DNA of 64,000 nucleotides from an uncultured Candidatus Competibacteraceae bacterium (GTDB lineage Bacteria; Pseudomonadota; Gammaproteobacteria; Competibacterales; Competibacteraceae): NCBI GenBank assembly GCA_964597315.1, contig CAZQXD010000018.1, positions 1,678 to 65,677 of the forward strand, read 5' to 3'. Shown piece by piece: positions 11,468 to 19,936 of this stretch (position 1 is its first letter; each line of letters starts with the position of its first letter). The notes under the pieces were generated by a model. It saw only the letters and a program-made list of their open reading frames with translations, ran no database searches and was not told where the DNA came from. The position numbers and the translations under genes were made by a program.

Positions 11468-11543
11468 ACCAGGTGGCCTGCGCGATACCCTAAAACCCCG
11501 CTACACTAGCGGTACTATCCTTGAGACCCATGGAGTACGAGCC

Positions 11544-11828
11544 ATGATCGACCCAAAGCTACTCGATGATATGGCGCGGCGGTTCAGCGAAGCGGTGCCG
11601 CCGGGCCTTCGTCAATTGCAGCAGGACATGGAGAAGAATTTCCGTGCTACCTTGCAGACCGCTTTTGCCCGTATGGATCTAGTGACCCGGGAGGAATTCG
11701 ACGTGCAGCAGGCTGTGCTGGCCCGCACCCGCGCTCGCTTGGAAGAACTGGAAAAGCGGGTGATGGAATTGGAGGCGAAAGTCGTGAGCGCAACCGGGGT
11801 GAAGCTGACCGGAGACGCGGAGACCTGA
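11544..11828 (+). CDS. ubiK: Ubiquinone biosynthesis accessory factor UbiK (YqiC/BMFP family)
   Basis: MIDPKLLDDMARRFSEAVPPGLRQLQQDMEKNFRATLQTAFARMDLVTREEFDVQQAVLARTR... closely parallels E. coli YqiC/UbiK. GGAG RBS lies before the ATG at 11544. Confidence 0.8.
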   Translation: MIDPKLLDDMARRFSEAVPPGLRQLQQDMEKNFRATLQTAFARMDLVTREEFDVQQAVLARTRARLEELEKRVMELEAKVVSATGVKLTGDAET

Positions 11829-11868
11829 AATCCAGCGGGGGTAGCCTTCACCACCCCCGCCCGTTTCA

Positions 11869-13062
11869 CTAGACTTCTGGAGTGGCGTTGATCCGGTGGA
11901 TGGCCAGATCAGCGCCCTGAAATTCCTCCTCCTCGCTAAGCCGGATGCCACAAAAAGCCTTAAGGGCGCCATAAACCACAAACCCCGAGCCTAGGGCGAA
12001 GCCCACCCCAAGTAGGGTGCCCACCAGTTGCGAAAGCAGGCTCACCCCGCCAATGCCTCCCAAGGCTTGCAGCCCAAACAGACCGGCGGCCACCCCGCCC
12101 CAAGCGCCGCACAGACCGTGCAATGGCCAGACACCTAGCACATCGTCGATCTTGAGACGGTTTTGAGTATAGGTAAAGGCAAACACGAACAGGGCGCCGG
12201 CCACCAAGCCAGTGACCAGGGCGCCCAAGGGGTGCATGATATCGGAACCGGCGCACACCGCCACCAGGCCAGCCAAGGGGCCATTATGGATAAAGCCCGG
12301 GTCATTGCGTCCGACCACCAAGGCCGCCAGAATACCGCCTGCCATGGCCATCAATGAGTTCACCGCCACCAGGCCGCTAACGGCCTCCACACTTTGGGCC
12401 GACATGACGTTGAAGCCGAACCAGCCCACCGTCAGAATCCAGGCTCCCAGGGCCAGAAACGGAATACTGGACGGGGGATGGGCCGCCATCACCGAGCCGT
12501 CCTTGGCATAACGACCCTTGCGAGCGCCCAGTAGCAGCACCGCCGCCAGAGCCAGCCAGCCCCCCACAGCATGGACTACCACCGACCCGGCGAAATCATG
12601 GAAAGGAGCGCCGAATAGGGATTCCAGGGCATCCTGCACACCGAAGTTACCGTTCCATACCAGGCCCTCGAACAGGGGGTAAACCACAGCCACCAGTAGG
12701 CAAGTGGCGGCCAGTTGTGGATAAAATTTGGCCCGCTCGGCGATACCCCCGGAGATGATGGCCGGAATGGCCGCCGCGAAAGTCAACAAAAAGAAAAACT
12801 TGACTAGCTCATAGCCGTTTTTCTCGGTCAGCGCCGGTGCGGCGTCCAGAAAACCCATTCCATAGGCCACGCCGTAGCCGATAAAAAAATAGGCGACCGT
12901 GGATGCGGCGAAGTCGGTGATAATTTTGACTAAGGCGTTGACCTGGTTCTTGGCCCGCACCGTGCCCACTTCCAAGAAGGCAAAACCCGAATGCATGGCC
13001 AGCACCATGATGGCCCCCAGCAAGACAAATAGTACATCGCTACCGTTTTTAAGCGTTTCCAT
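11869..13062 (-). CDS. Ammonium transporter (second Amt-family paralog)
   Basis: METLKNGSDVLFVLLGAIMVLAMHSGFAFLEVGTVRAKNQVNAL... Start at 13062, preceded by AGAGGA. 397 aa polytopic protein. Confidence 0.88.
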   Translation of the reverse strand: METLKNGSDVLFVLLGAIMVLAMHSGFAFLEVGTVRAKNQVNALVKIITDFAASTVAYFFIGYGVAYGMGFLDAAPALTEKNGYELVKFFFLLTFAAAIPAIISGGIAERAKFYPQLAATCLLVAVVYPLFEGLVWNGNFGVQDALESLFGAPFHDFAGSVVVHAVGGWLALAAVLLLGARKGRYAKDGSVMAAHPPSSIPFLALGAWILTVGWFGFNVMSAQSVEAVSGLVAVNSLMAMAGGILAALVVGRNDPGFIHNGPLAGLVAVCAGSDIMHPLGALVTGLVAGALFVFAFTYTQNRLKIDDVLGVWPLHGLCGAWGGVAAGLFGLQALGGIGGVSLLSQLVGTLLGVGFALGSGFVVYGALKAFCGIRLSEEEEFQGADLAIHRINATPEV

Positions 13063-13106
13063 AATGCATCCTCTTAGCGCATCTTGTTGTTTCGACCTGC
13101 GCCGTA

Positions 13107-13124
13107 TAAGCAAAAATCATACCT
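13107..13124 (-). promoter_or_regulatory. Candidate sigma-54 promoter for the second amt gene
   Basis: The minus strand reads AGGTATGATTTTTGCTTA, which matches TGGYAYR-N4-TTGCW except at the first base. It lies about 45 nt upstream of the ATG at 13062. Confidence 0.5.
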
Positions 13125-13186
13125 TGCATCAATGTCTACTAGTTTCAATTGGTTGATTTTTCAGGAAGAGTAGTCTAGGAGTGTTT

Positions 13187-13202
13187 TGCACCAATTGAGT
13201 GC
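13187..13202. promoter_or_regulatory. Candidate NtrC-like dyad
   Basis: TGCACCaattgAGTGC lies about 70 nt upstream of the candidate sigma-54 element. Confidence 0.35.
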
Positions 13203-13323
13203 TTCATCGGCAAAGTGCCGCCCTGGTTTGGAACAGAGCTGTCATGCCATGCCAGTACCCCGAGGCTCAAGCTGCGGGCCATGGCTATAGTTAGACTGTG
13301 AATTCCGCACACGGAGCCGCACC

Positions 13324-13773
13324 ATGAAAACCCCGTTCTCTTTGGTATTGTCCCTGACAGTTTCGCTAACGATCGGATCGGCTGCGGCTGATTTCGACTC
13401 CCCGGCGGGCCGATGGAAAACCATCGACGATGACACCGGTAAAGCCAAAAGCATTGTCGTGATTCAGATGGAAAATGGCCGTCTGGCAGGTCGTATCGAA
13501 GCACTTCTGAACTCTCCCAAGGACCACGAACCCCGGATATGCGAACGCTGCGAGGGGGAACTCAAGGACGCGCCGTTGCTGGGATTGCGGTTTATGTGGG
13601 GGTTCCGGCCACAGAGTGATGAATGGATCGACGGCCAGATTCTCGATCCTAACAATGGAAAGATCTACAGCAGCAAGCTGCGACTCACCGATGGCGGCCG
13701 ACGGCTCGATGTTCGCGGTTATGTGGGCCTGCCCCTGTTCGGACGCTCCCAAATCTGGGAGCGGGTGGAGTGA
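13324..13773 (+). CDS. DUF2147 domain-containing periplasmic protein
   Basis: Signal peptide, then GRWKTIDDDTGKAKSIVVI...C..CEGELKDAPLLGL...GQILDPNNGKIYSSKLRL...LDVRGYVG...GRSQIWERV, which is the canonical DUF2147 pattern. Confidence 0.8.
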   Translation: MKTPFSLVLSLTVSLTIGSAAADFDSPAGRWKTIDDDTGKAKSIVVIQMENGRLAGRIEALLNSPKDHEPRICERCEGELKDAPLLGLRFMWGFRPQSDEWIDGQILDPNNGKIYSSKLRLTDGGRRLDVRGYVGLPLFGRSQIWERVE

Positions 13774-14504
13774 TGGAACTGCGAGAGCGGGTGGCGATCA
13801 TCACCGGCGCTAGCCGCGGGCTAGGCCGGGCCATGGCCTTGAGTCTGGCGCGACGGGGCGTCCGGGTGGTGGTGGCGGCCCGGGGCCAGGACAAGTTGGA
13901 GGAAACGGCGGCGTTACTCCGGGCAGCCGGTGGTCAGGCTCTGGCGGTGGCGACGGATGTGCGAGAGGAGGGCCAAGTGGAGGCTCTGGTCGCCAGGACC
14001 ATCGGCCACTACGGCCAAGTGGATATTCTGGTCAACAATGCGGGGGTAATGGTGGGAGACCTGGCCTTTACCAAGGTGACTCCGACACTGTGGCGAGAGG
14101 TAATGGACACTAATCTGTGGGGCGCTTTTCTGTGCTGTCGGGCGGTGGTCCCCGAATTAGTCCGCCGGGGTGGCGTCATTGTCAATATCAGTTCCGGAGC
14201 GGCAGTGCGCACCGGGTTTCTCAATATCCCCTACGGGGTCTCCAAGGCTGGGCTGGACCGCCTCACCCTGGGGTTGGCGGCCGAACTGCGGGACCACGGC
14301 GTGGCTTGCGTGTCCTTGTCCCCCTCGGTCAGCGCCACCGGCGCCGTGCGCCGGATGTACCCGGACAAAGCCGTGGACAGCTTCGCCCAGCCCCCGGAAA
14401 TGGCAGCCCGGGCGTTGGTCGCCCTGCTAGAGGATGACATCCTGAGCTATAGCGGCCAGGTGCTATCGGCCCGGGAGTATCTGCGCGACTGCGGCTTGCT
14501 GTAA
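13770..14504 (+). CDS. SDR-family short-chain dehydrogenase/reductase
   Basis: Cofactor motif ITGASRGLGRA and catalytic YGVSKAG (YxxxK). It overlaps the upstream gene by 4 nt. Confidence 0.85.
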   Translation: MMELRERVAIITGASRGLGRAMALSLARRGVRVVVAARGQDKLEETAALLRAAGGQALAVATDVREEGQVEALVARTIGHYGQVDILVNNAGVMVGDLAFTKVTPTLWREVMDTNLWGAFLCCRAVVPELVRRGGVIVNISSGAAVRTGFLNIPYGVSKAGLDRLTLGLAAELRDHGVACVSLSPSVSATGAVRRMYPDKAVDSFAQPPEMAARALVALLEDDILSYSGQVLSAREYLRDCGLL

Positions 14505-14602
14505 AGCATCCGCTCGGCTATCCGCGACGTATTAACTAGTGAGCAGGCCTGCGGTGAACTCGGTTGACGGCAAAACCCGTCGGCCCTTTGCTGGAGGCGC
14601 CC

Positions 14603-15016
14603 ATGAAAACCCTATTGCTTCTCACCCTTGGCCTGAGCATGGTCGCCGGGTCCTTGGCGGTATCCGCCCCAGTCCAGCAAGACTCCTATCTGCTGGCCGA
14701 TCGCAGCGTTTATTTACATTGGCGGCATCCCTGGGAACGGGTTGACTGGTCGGCGCGCCCCGTCGGCTATGGGCAAACCCCTATAAAATCGACTCTCGAT
14801 GAACCCCATGGTTGGGGGGCCTACCCCTATTCCCGGGCGCAGAAGCTGTGGCTATATGAGCGACGGATGCAAGGCAGCCCGCCCCAACGGCGTCATGGCT
14901 GGGGAGCCTACCCGTATGCGCAAGATCAAGGCGCCAAAACCCCCCACCGGCGCTTCCAAGGCAGTCAGCCTAGACATCGCCATGGCTGGGAGGCTTATCC
15001 CGCTTGCCCTTGCTGA
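14603..15016 (+). CDS. Small secreted protein with three HGWGAYP(Y) repeats and a C-terminal CPC
   Basis: GGAGG RBS before the ATG at 14603. Signal peptide MKTLLLLTLGLSMVAGSLAVSA. Repeats are EPHGWGAYPYS, RRHGWGAYPYA and HRHGWEAYPACPC. I recognise no family. Confidence 0.5.
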   Translation: MKTLLLLTLGLSMVAGSLAVSAPVQQDSYLLADRSVYLHWRHPWERVDWSARPVGYGQTPIKSTLDEPHGWGAYPYSRAQKLWLYERRMQGSPPQRRHGWGAYPYAQDQGAKTPHRRFQGSQPRHRHGWEAYPACPC

Positions 15017-15044
15017 GGGTGTCACAGAAAACCGCCGACCGGTC

Positions 15045-16007
15045 TCAGCCCAGCGCTCCACCGCAACTGCTGCCCTGACCGGCGGTACAGCCGTAGCAGT
15101 GGTCGGCCACCTGAATGGGATTACCGTCTAGGCGCCGTTCCAGCAAGTCCCTGATGTGAACTCGTGGGCGGTCGTCCACCCGTAGGGGGATGCCTAGCAT
15201 CTGATTAAAATCGCAGTCGTAAATGTAGCCGTTCCAACCCACGCTGAGCAGATTGCGGCACATCACGGTGTTCAGGTTGTCGTTCTGATGGGCGCCACGC
15301 AGCACGTCCATGTAGTCATGAAAGCGCCCCTTGGAGATCAGCCAACTGCCAAAGCGTTGGATAGGCATATTGGCCAGGGTATACAGGCTATTGAACACGA
15401 CGCCGTAACGCTGGCCCAAGTGGGTTTTATAATCGGCCTCCAGGGCGGCCTGGGGTGGCGGTAGGTTCGGTCCCTGGGGGTTATACACCAGGTTCAGGAT
15501 CAGACCGCTGCCGGGCTGTCCGTAGCCCAGGGCGTTCAGACGTTGTAGGCTGCGGATGCTGGCTTCGAACACGCCATCGCCCCGCTGGGCGTCCACGTTA
15601 TCTTCTAGATAGCAAGGCAGGGAGGCCACCACCTCCACCCCCTGAGCGGCCAGAAATTCGGCCAGGGTATCCTGGCCTTGCTCTTCCAGAATGGTCAGAT
15701 TGCAGCGGTCCATGACCTTGAGGCCCAGTTCCCGGGCGACGCGCACGAGGTAACGGAAATGGGGGTTGAGTTCAGGAGCGCCGCCGGTCAAGTCCAGGGT
15801 GTGGGCCTTGGTGGCCCGCAGCAACTCCAGCACCTGCTCCACGGTCTCCCGGGTCATGTTTTCCTTGCGGCGGGGACCGGCGTTGACATGGCAGTGAACA
15901 CAGGTTTGGTTACAGCGGTAGCCTAGATTGACCTGGACAACCTCCAGGGATTTGCGGCGCAGGGCGGGAAAGTCGGTTTTCTTCAATAAGGGGAGCGTGG
16001 CGTGCAT
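15045..16007 (-). CDS. arsS: ArsS-like radical SAM / Cys-rich domain protein (TIGR04167-type)
   Basis: The radical SAM cluster motif CNQTCVHC is near the N-terminus. Characteristic C-terminus HCYGCTAGQGSSCGGALG (Cys form, not Sec). Start at MHATLPLL (16007) after AGGAA. Confidence 0.78.
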   Translation of the reverse strand: MHATLPLLKKTDFPALRRKSLEVVQVNLGYRCNQTCVHCHVNAGPRRKENMTRETVEQVLELLRATKAHTLDLTGGAPELNPHFRYLVRVARELGLKVMDRCNLTILEEQGQDTLAEFLAAQGVEVVASLPCYLEDNVDAQRGDGVFEASIRSLQRLNALGYGQPGSGLILNLVYNPQGPNLPPPQAALEADYKTHLGQRYGVVFNSLYTLANMPIQRFGSWLISKGRFHDYMDVLRGAHQNDNLNTVMCRNLLSVGWNGYIYDCDFNQMLGIPLRVDDRPRVHIRDLLERRLDGNPIQVADHCYGCTAGQGSSCGGALG

Positions 16008-16540
16008 AGGTGAATTCCTGGATTTTCTTAGTGGCGCCGGGGCCGCGACGGTCCCATGGGCGTGACGAGGTACACGGCATACGCAGGGCAAAAGCGTCTG
16101 GATGCGTCCGGCGCCTAGGCCCGATCATTGGGCAGCGGTTCCTCGGGCAACTGGGAGTCCCGAGGCGGCGCCCGCCGGTAGTCGTGGAACAACAGGCTGC
16201 GGACGCTAAACGTGACCAGTCCCGCAAGCATCCCAGCAAAGGCGCCTCGGCCCGACAGCAAGCCCGGAGACGCCCCCAGTCACAAAGTCACCAAACTGAC
16301 AATCTAAACGGTAATGGCGTTACGGACGATGTTGGCGAAGCTATACATCGGTCGTAATCGGCTCCGACACAGTTTAGCACCCCATGATAGCGCCCAGGCA
16401 GGAGTGCCGGTGCATGGAAATTGCAAATAAATTGAATTATATACGCATTACGTGACGCGCTATTTGGGCGTAAAGCACACGCTTTATGCGTTTTATGTTC
16501 AAATAAACAGATAATAAAGCGGCTGGTTGGAGGAAAACTT

Positions 16541-17317
16541 GTGAAGTCTCCGCGTTACGGTATCGCGCTGCTGTTGGTCGCAGTGTTACTGGCCGTGGCC
16601 GAACGGCTCTGGGAGTACTCAGAGGAGAAGGCCGATACCGAGGTTGATTTACCCGCAGTGCCCGCTTCGTTCAGCGCCGCCAAGCGACAGTTGTATTCCC
16701 TCTATGACGATCACCGGCTGACCTTTTACTGTGGCTGTGCGTTTAATGCCGAGCGCAAAGTGGATTTACGGGGTTGTGGCGTCAAACCCCGCAAGAACCC
16801 CAAGCGGGCCGGTCGGGTGGAGGCTGAGCATGTGTTTCCGGCCTATGATTTCGGTCGCCAGCGGGCCTGCTGGCGGGAGTCGCTGTGTACCGATAAAAAG
16901 GGCAAGCCCTTTAAAGGGCGGCGCTGTTGCGAGGCCATTGATCCGGTGTTTCGCGCGGCCCACAATGATTTGCACAATCTGTTCCCGGCGGTGGGGGAGG
17001 TCAACGGCGACCGCTCCAATTATCGCTGGGGGATGATTCCCGGGGAGAAACGGGAATACGGCGGTTGCAATATCGAAGTGGATTCTGGTACTCGCCGGGC
17101 CGAGCCGCCGGAGACGGTGATGGGGGACATCGCTCGGGTCTATTTCTATATGGAAAAAACCTACGGCTTCAGCCTTAGTGATCAGCAGCGCCAGTTATTT
17201 ACGGCCTGGAATCGGATGGACCCGCCGGATGCCTGGGAACTGGAGCGCAACCGGCGGGTCCAGGCCATCCAGGGCCTGGACAATCCGTTCATCAAGCACT
17301 ATCCAGGTGGGAACTGA
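16541..17317 (+). CDS. endA: Endonuclease I family (EndA/Vvn-like) periplasmic or extracellular nuclease
   Basis: ...SFSAAKRQLYSLYDDHRLTFYCGCAF...VEAEHVFPA...AHNDLHNLFPAVGEVNGDRSNY... are conserved endonuclease I motifs. GTG start, N-terminal TM/signal segment, AT-rich upstream region. Confidence 0.83.
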   Translation: MKSPRYGIALLLVAVLLAVAERLWEYSEEKADTEVDLPAVPASFSAAKRQLYSLYDDHRLTFYCGCAFNAERKVDLRGCGVKPRKNPKRAGRVEAEHVFPAYDFGRQRACWRESLCTDKKGKPFKGRRCCEAIDPVFRAAHNDLHNLFPAVGEVNGDRSNYRWGMIPGEKREYGGCNIEVDSGTRRAEPPETVMGDIARVYFYMEKTYGFSLSDQQRQLFTAWNRMDPPDAWELERNRRVQAIQGLDNPFIKHYPGGN

Positions 17318-17329
17318 GCGCGTCCGCGC

Positions 17330-17818
17330 TCAGGCCGCCCGGTTCATGGCCTCCAGACGAATTTGCAGGCGATCCAGAAGATCGTCTAGCCGCGCCCGGT
17401 CCTGATCGTCCAACTCCCTCAGCAGTCGCCGTTCCCAATCCAGGGCCAAGGGGGCGAGTCGTCGGTACAGATCCTGGCCACGACGGCTCAGCCGCAGGAT
17501 CGCCACACGGTGGTCGTGGCGGTCCACTCGCCGTACCAGCAGTCCGGTCTCTTGCATCCGTCCCAAGGCGCGGCTGACACGGGGCTTCTCCATATGGGTG
17601 CGTCGGCCTACGTCTCCGGCCGAGAGCGGGGATTCCCGGCCCAGGATGGCTAGGATTCGCCATTCGGCCACGCTGATCCCGAAGCGATCCTGATAGGTCA
17701 GGGATAGTGAGCGGCTGAGCAGTTCGGCCAACACATGGAAACGATAGGGCAAAAAGTCTTCCAGTTCCAGTTCCAGTTTCAGCCCCGCTTCATCCAGGGG
17801 GGTATGGCAGTTATTCAT
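17330..17818 (-). CDS. MarR-family transcriptional regulator
   Basis: The winged-helix core ...GISVAEWRILAILGRESPLSAGDVGRRTHMEKPRVSRALGRMQETGLLVRRVDRHDHRVAILRLSRRG... is typical MarR. Start at MNNCH (17818) after GGAGA. Confidence 0.85.
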   Translation of the reverse strand: MNNCHTPLDEAGLKLELELEDFLPYRFHVLAELLSRSLSLTYQDRFGISVAEWRILAILGRESPLSAGDVGRRTHMEKPRVSRALGRMQETGLLVRRVDRHDHRVAILRLSRRGQDLYRRLAPLALDWERRLLRELDDQDRARLDDLLDRLQIRLEAMNRAA

Positions 17819-18179
17819 CACTGTCTCCGAATATAAAGTAAAAAAAGTCATAAAATAAGGTAGCTAGATAGTTTACTTCAAAACTTTATGGCCGTCTCGG
17901 GTGACTCTATAAACCGGGTCGGCAAAAGATTGGGCGTGTGATAGAGCGCCGCTGCTCCAGGGGCAGCCAATCGGAGTCTTTCCCCTGGATCGCCGACCTA
18001 CCGATCTCAAACGCCAGGATGAGCCGAGGTCGGCGGAGCTGCTCAGACTCAAGGAACTGGAGCACAACCGCCCCGGACTGCCCTAAAGTTCCACTTTCCC
18101 TTCCCGATACTTACCCCTAAATAGCCACTGGTGGCGCAGCCGCTAGACCGGCTGCGTCTTCGGTCTTTCCAGGACGGTT

Positions 18180-18809
18180 GTGATACCCATGCCCTTGAGC
18201 TGTCGTCATATTGCCGGGCTGTGCTTGCCGGTGCTCATCCTGCTGGCCTTTCCGTTTTCCGCCCCGGCCACGAGTGTCGGACAGGTAGCGGTGCGCGACC
18301 TGGTGGCTTCCAGCGAGCTGATTTTCGAGGGCCGGGTGGTGGGCCAGCGGGTGGAGCGGTCCCGGCGGCCCGACGCTATTTTTACCTACGTTACCTTCGA
18401 GGTCCTGGAGATCATCAAGGGAGACTGGCCGGAGAAGCGTTTGGAACTGCCCTACCTGGGTGGCGCGGTGGATGGCGAGTCCCTGGCCGTGGCCGAGCTA
18501 TGGCCGCCCCCGGTTGGGGAGAAAGGTATTTACTTCGTGGAATCCCTGGGCCGACTTCAGGTGCATCCCCTCTACGGCTGGCAACAAGGCCATTACCGGG
18601 TGGAGGCGGACCCCAAGGGCCGGGAACTGATCAGAACGTTCTCCGGCCAAGCCATTTATGGCCTTGACCTCGGGCAGGAGGCAGGCGACTTCGGTTTGAG
18701 CGATGGCGTGGCCGCCGGGGTTCGGCGCCAGGCCAACTCCCGGCAAGAGCCGCCGCTCACGGTTCTAGAGTTCAAACAGCGGCTGCGCGACCTGGGGAGT
18801 CACCCTTGA
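18180..18809 (+). CDS. Secreted hypothetical protein, translationally coupled to the downstream matrixin (possible OB/NTR-like fold)
   Basis: GTG at 18180 after AGGA (alternative ATG at 18189). Signal-like segment LCLPVLILLAFPFSAPA. Its stop overlaps the next gene's TTG (cTTGA). I recognise no family with confidence. Confidence 0.55.
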   Translation: MIPMPLSCRHIAGLCLPVLILLAFPFSAPATSVGQVAVRDLVASSELIFEGRVVGQRVERSRRPDAIFTYVTFEVLEIIKGDWPEKRLELPYLGGAVDGESLAVAELWPPPVGEKGIYFVESLGRLQVHPLYGWQQGHYRVEADPKGRELIRTFSGQAIYGLDLGQEAGDFGLSDGVAAGVRRQANSRQEPPLTVLEFKQRLRDLGSHP

Positions 18810-19936
18810 AAGGTAGAGGGTTGTTCTGGGTGGCCTTGTTAGTCGGCTTGCCGGCGGCGGCCTATACTCTTCATGGCGCTCGTTGGCCTGGTGACTCGGT
18901 GGAACTGCATGTGGATCTGGATTTCCAGGGTGGACACAGCGCCAGTGGGGTGAGCTGGAATCAAGCCTTTGCGGAGTCGGCGTCGCTGTGGAATCAGGCC
19001 AGTGGATTTCGCGTGGAGTTGACGCCGGTTCGCTCCGATCCCTGCGCGGGAGTGGCTCGGGGCATACCCCAGGATGGTTTTCGTAACGGCGTCGGCTTCG
19101 CCCCGGATGTTTGTGGCGTGGCCTTCGGCGCTGGCACCTTGGCGGTCACCACCAGCTATTCCCAGAACGGTCGGTTGCTGGAAGCCGATGTAGTGTTCAA
19201 TTCCCTACGCTCCTGGGACATCTATGAGGGTCCCTGGGAGAATGCCGCCGACTTCAGGCGGGTGGCCGTTCATGAACTGGGTCATGTGCTGGGCCTGGGT
19301 CATGAAAACCGGGCGGCGTCCATCATGGCCTCCACTATCCCCATGGGCAGCACCGTGGAACAGCCCCTAGAAGACGACATCTCCGGGGTGGCCGCGCTTT
19401 ACGGGACCGCCGAACCGTCCCTGCCGCCGCTGGTACTGAATCTGGAAGAGCCCGTTGCCGGGGAGGTGCGCGCCGGGGTAGGCAATCTGCGCGGCTGGGT
19501 GGTGTCCCTGGCCGGGGTGGAGCGGGTGGAGTTGCTGATCGACGGGGTCGAGGCGGGGTTGGTGCCCACCGGCGGGCGGCGCGGGGATGTGGCCAGCGCC
19601 TTCGCTGAGTATCCCGACAGCTTGCAGTCCGGGTTTTCCATGGCGTTTGCCTACAACGCCCTGGTCCCGGGGGAGCATACCATCACCTTGCGCGCTACCA
19701 GCCGGGATGGTTCCAGCATCGAGGATTCGGCCACTTTTCAGGTGGTGCGTTTTCAAGAAGGGTTCATCCACGATCCGGCCCAAGTCAGCCTGGCCGGGGC
19801 CACCATCAGCCACGATGCATCGACTCTGGCAATTACTCATTTGCGGGTGGCGGGACGCCCCTATCACGTCACTTTGCGCTGGCGCACCGCTTCCCAGGGC
19901 TTCGAGATCGTCGCCATTGAGCCAGCCGCCCCCTAG
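18806..19936 (+). CDS. Matrixin-type (M10A-like) zinc metalloprotease with a C-terminal beta-rich extension
   Basis: Signal peptide MKGRGLFWVALLVGLPAAA, then YTLHGARWPG. Zinc motif VAVHELGHVLGLGHE, followed by ...SIMAS (Met-turn). TTG start after GGGGAG. Confidence 0.8.
   Translation: MKGRGLFWVALLVGLPAAAYTLHGARWPGDSVELHVDLDFQGGHSASGVSWNQAFAESASLWNQASGFRVELTPVRSDPCAGVARGIPQDGFRNGVGFAPDVCGVAFGAGTLAVTTSYSQNGRLLEADVVFNSLRSWDIYEGPWENAADFRRVAVHELGHVLGLGHENRAASIMASTIPMGSTVEQPLEDDISGVAALYGTAEPSLPPLVLNLEEPVAGEVRAGVGNLRGWVVSLAGVERVELLIDGVEAGLVPTGGRRGDVASAFAEYPDSLQSGFSMAFAYNALVPGEHTITLRATSRDGSSIEDSATFQVVRFQEGFIHDPAQVSLAGATISHDASTLAITHLRVAGRPYHVTLRWRTASQGFEIVAIEPAAP

Noticed and set aside
16092-16350. 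A minus-strand reading frame MYSFANIVRNAITV*IVSLVTL*LGASPGLLSGRGAFAGMLAGLVTFSVRSLLFHDYRRAPPRDSQLPEEPLPNDRA*. It looks like a small membrane protein interrupted by in-frame TAG and TGA codons.
   Set aside because: It has no recognisable family and two stops within 60 nt. No SECIS-like or recoding context is evident. At best it is a decayed small gene, and it may be chance.
17930-18120. A frame reading ...PLLQGQPIGVFPLDRRPTDLKRQDEPRSAELLRLKELEHNRPGLP* in the marR-matrixin intergenic region, considered as a possible mobile-element fragment.
   Set aside because: The resemblance to IS or integrase sequences is too vague, and there is no supporting motif.
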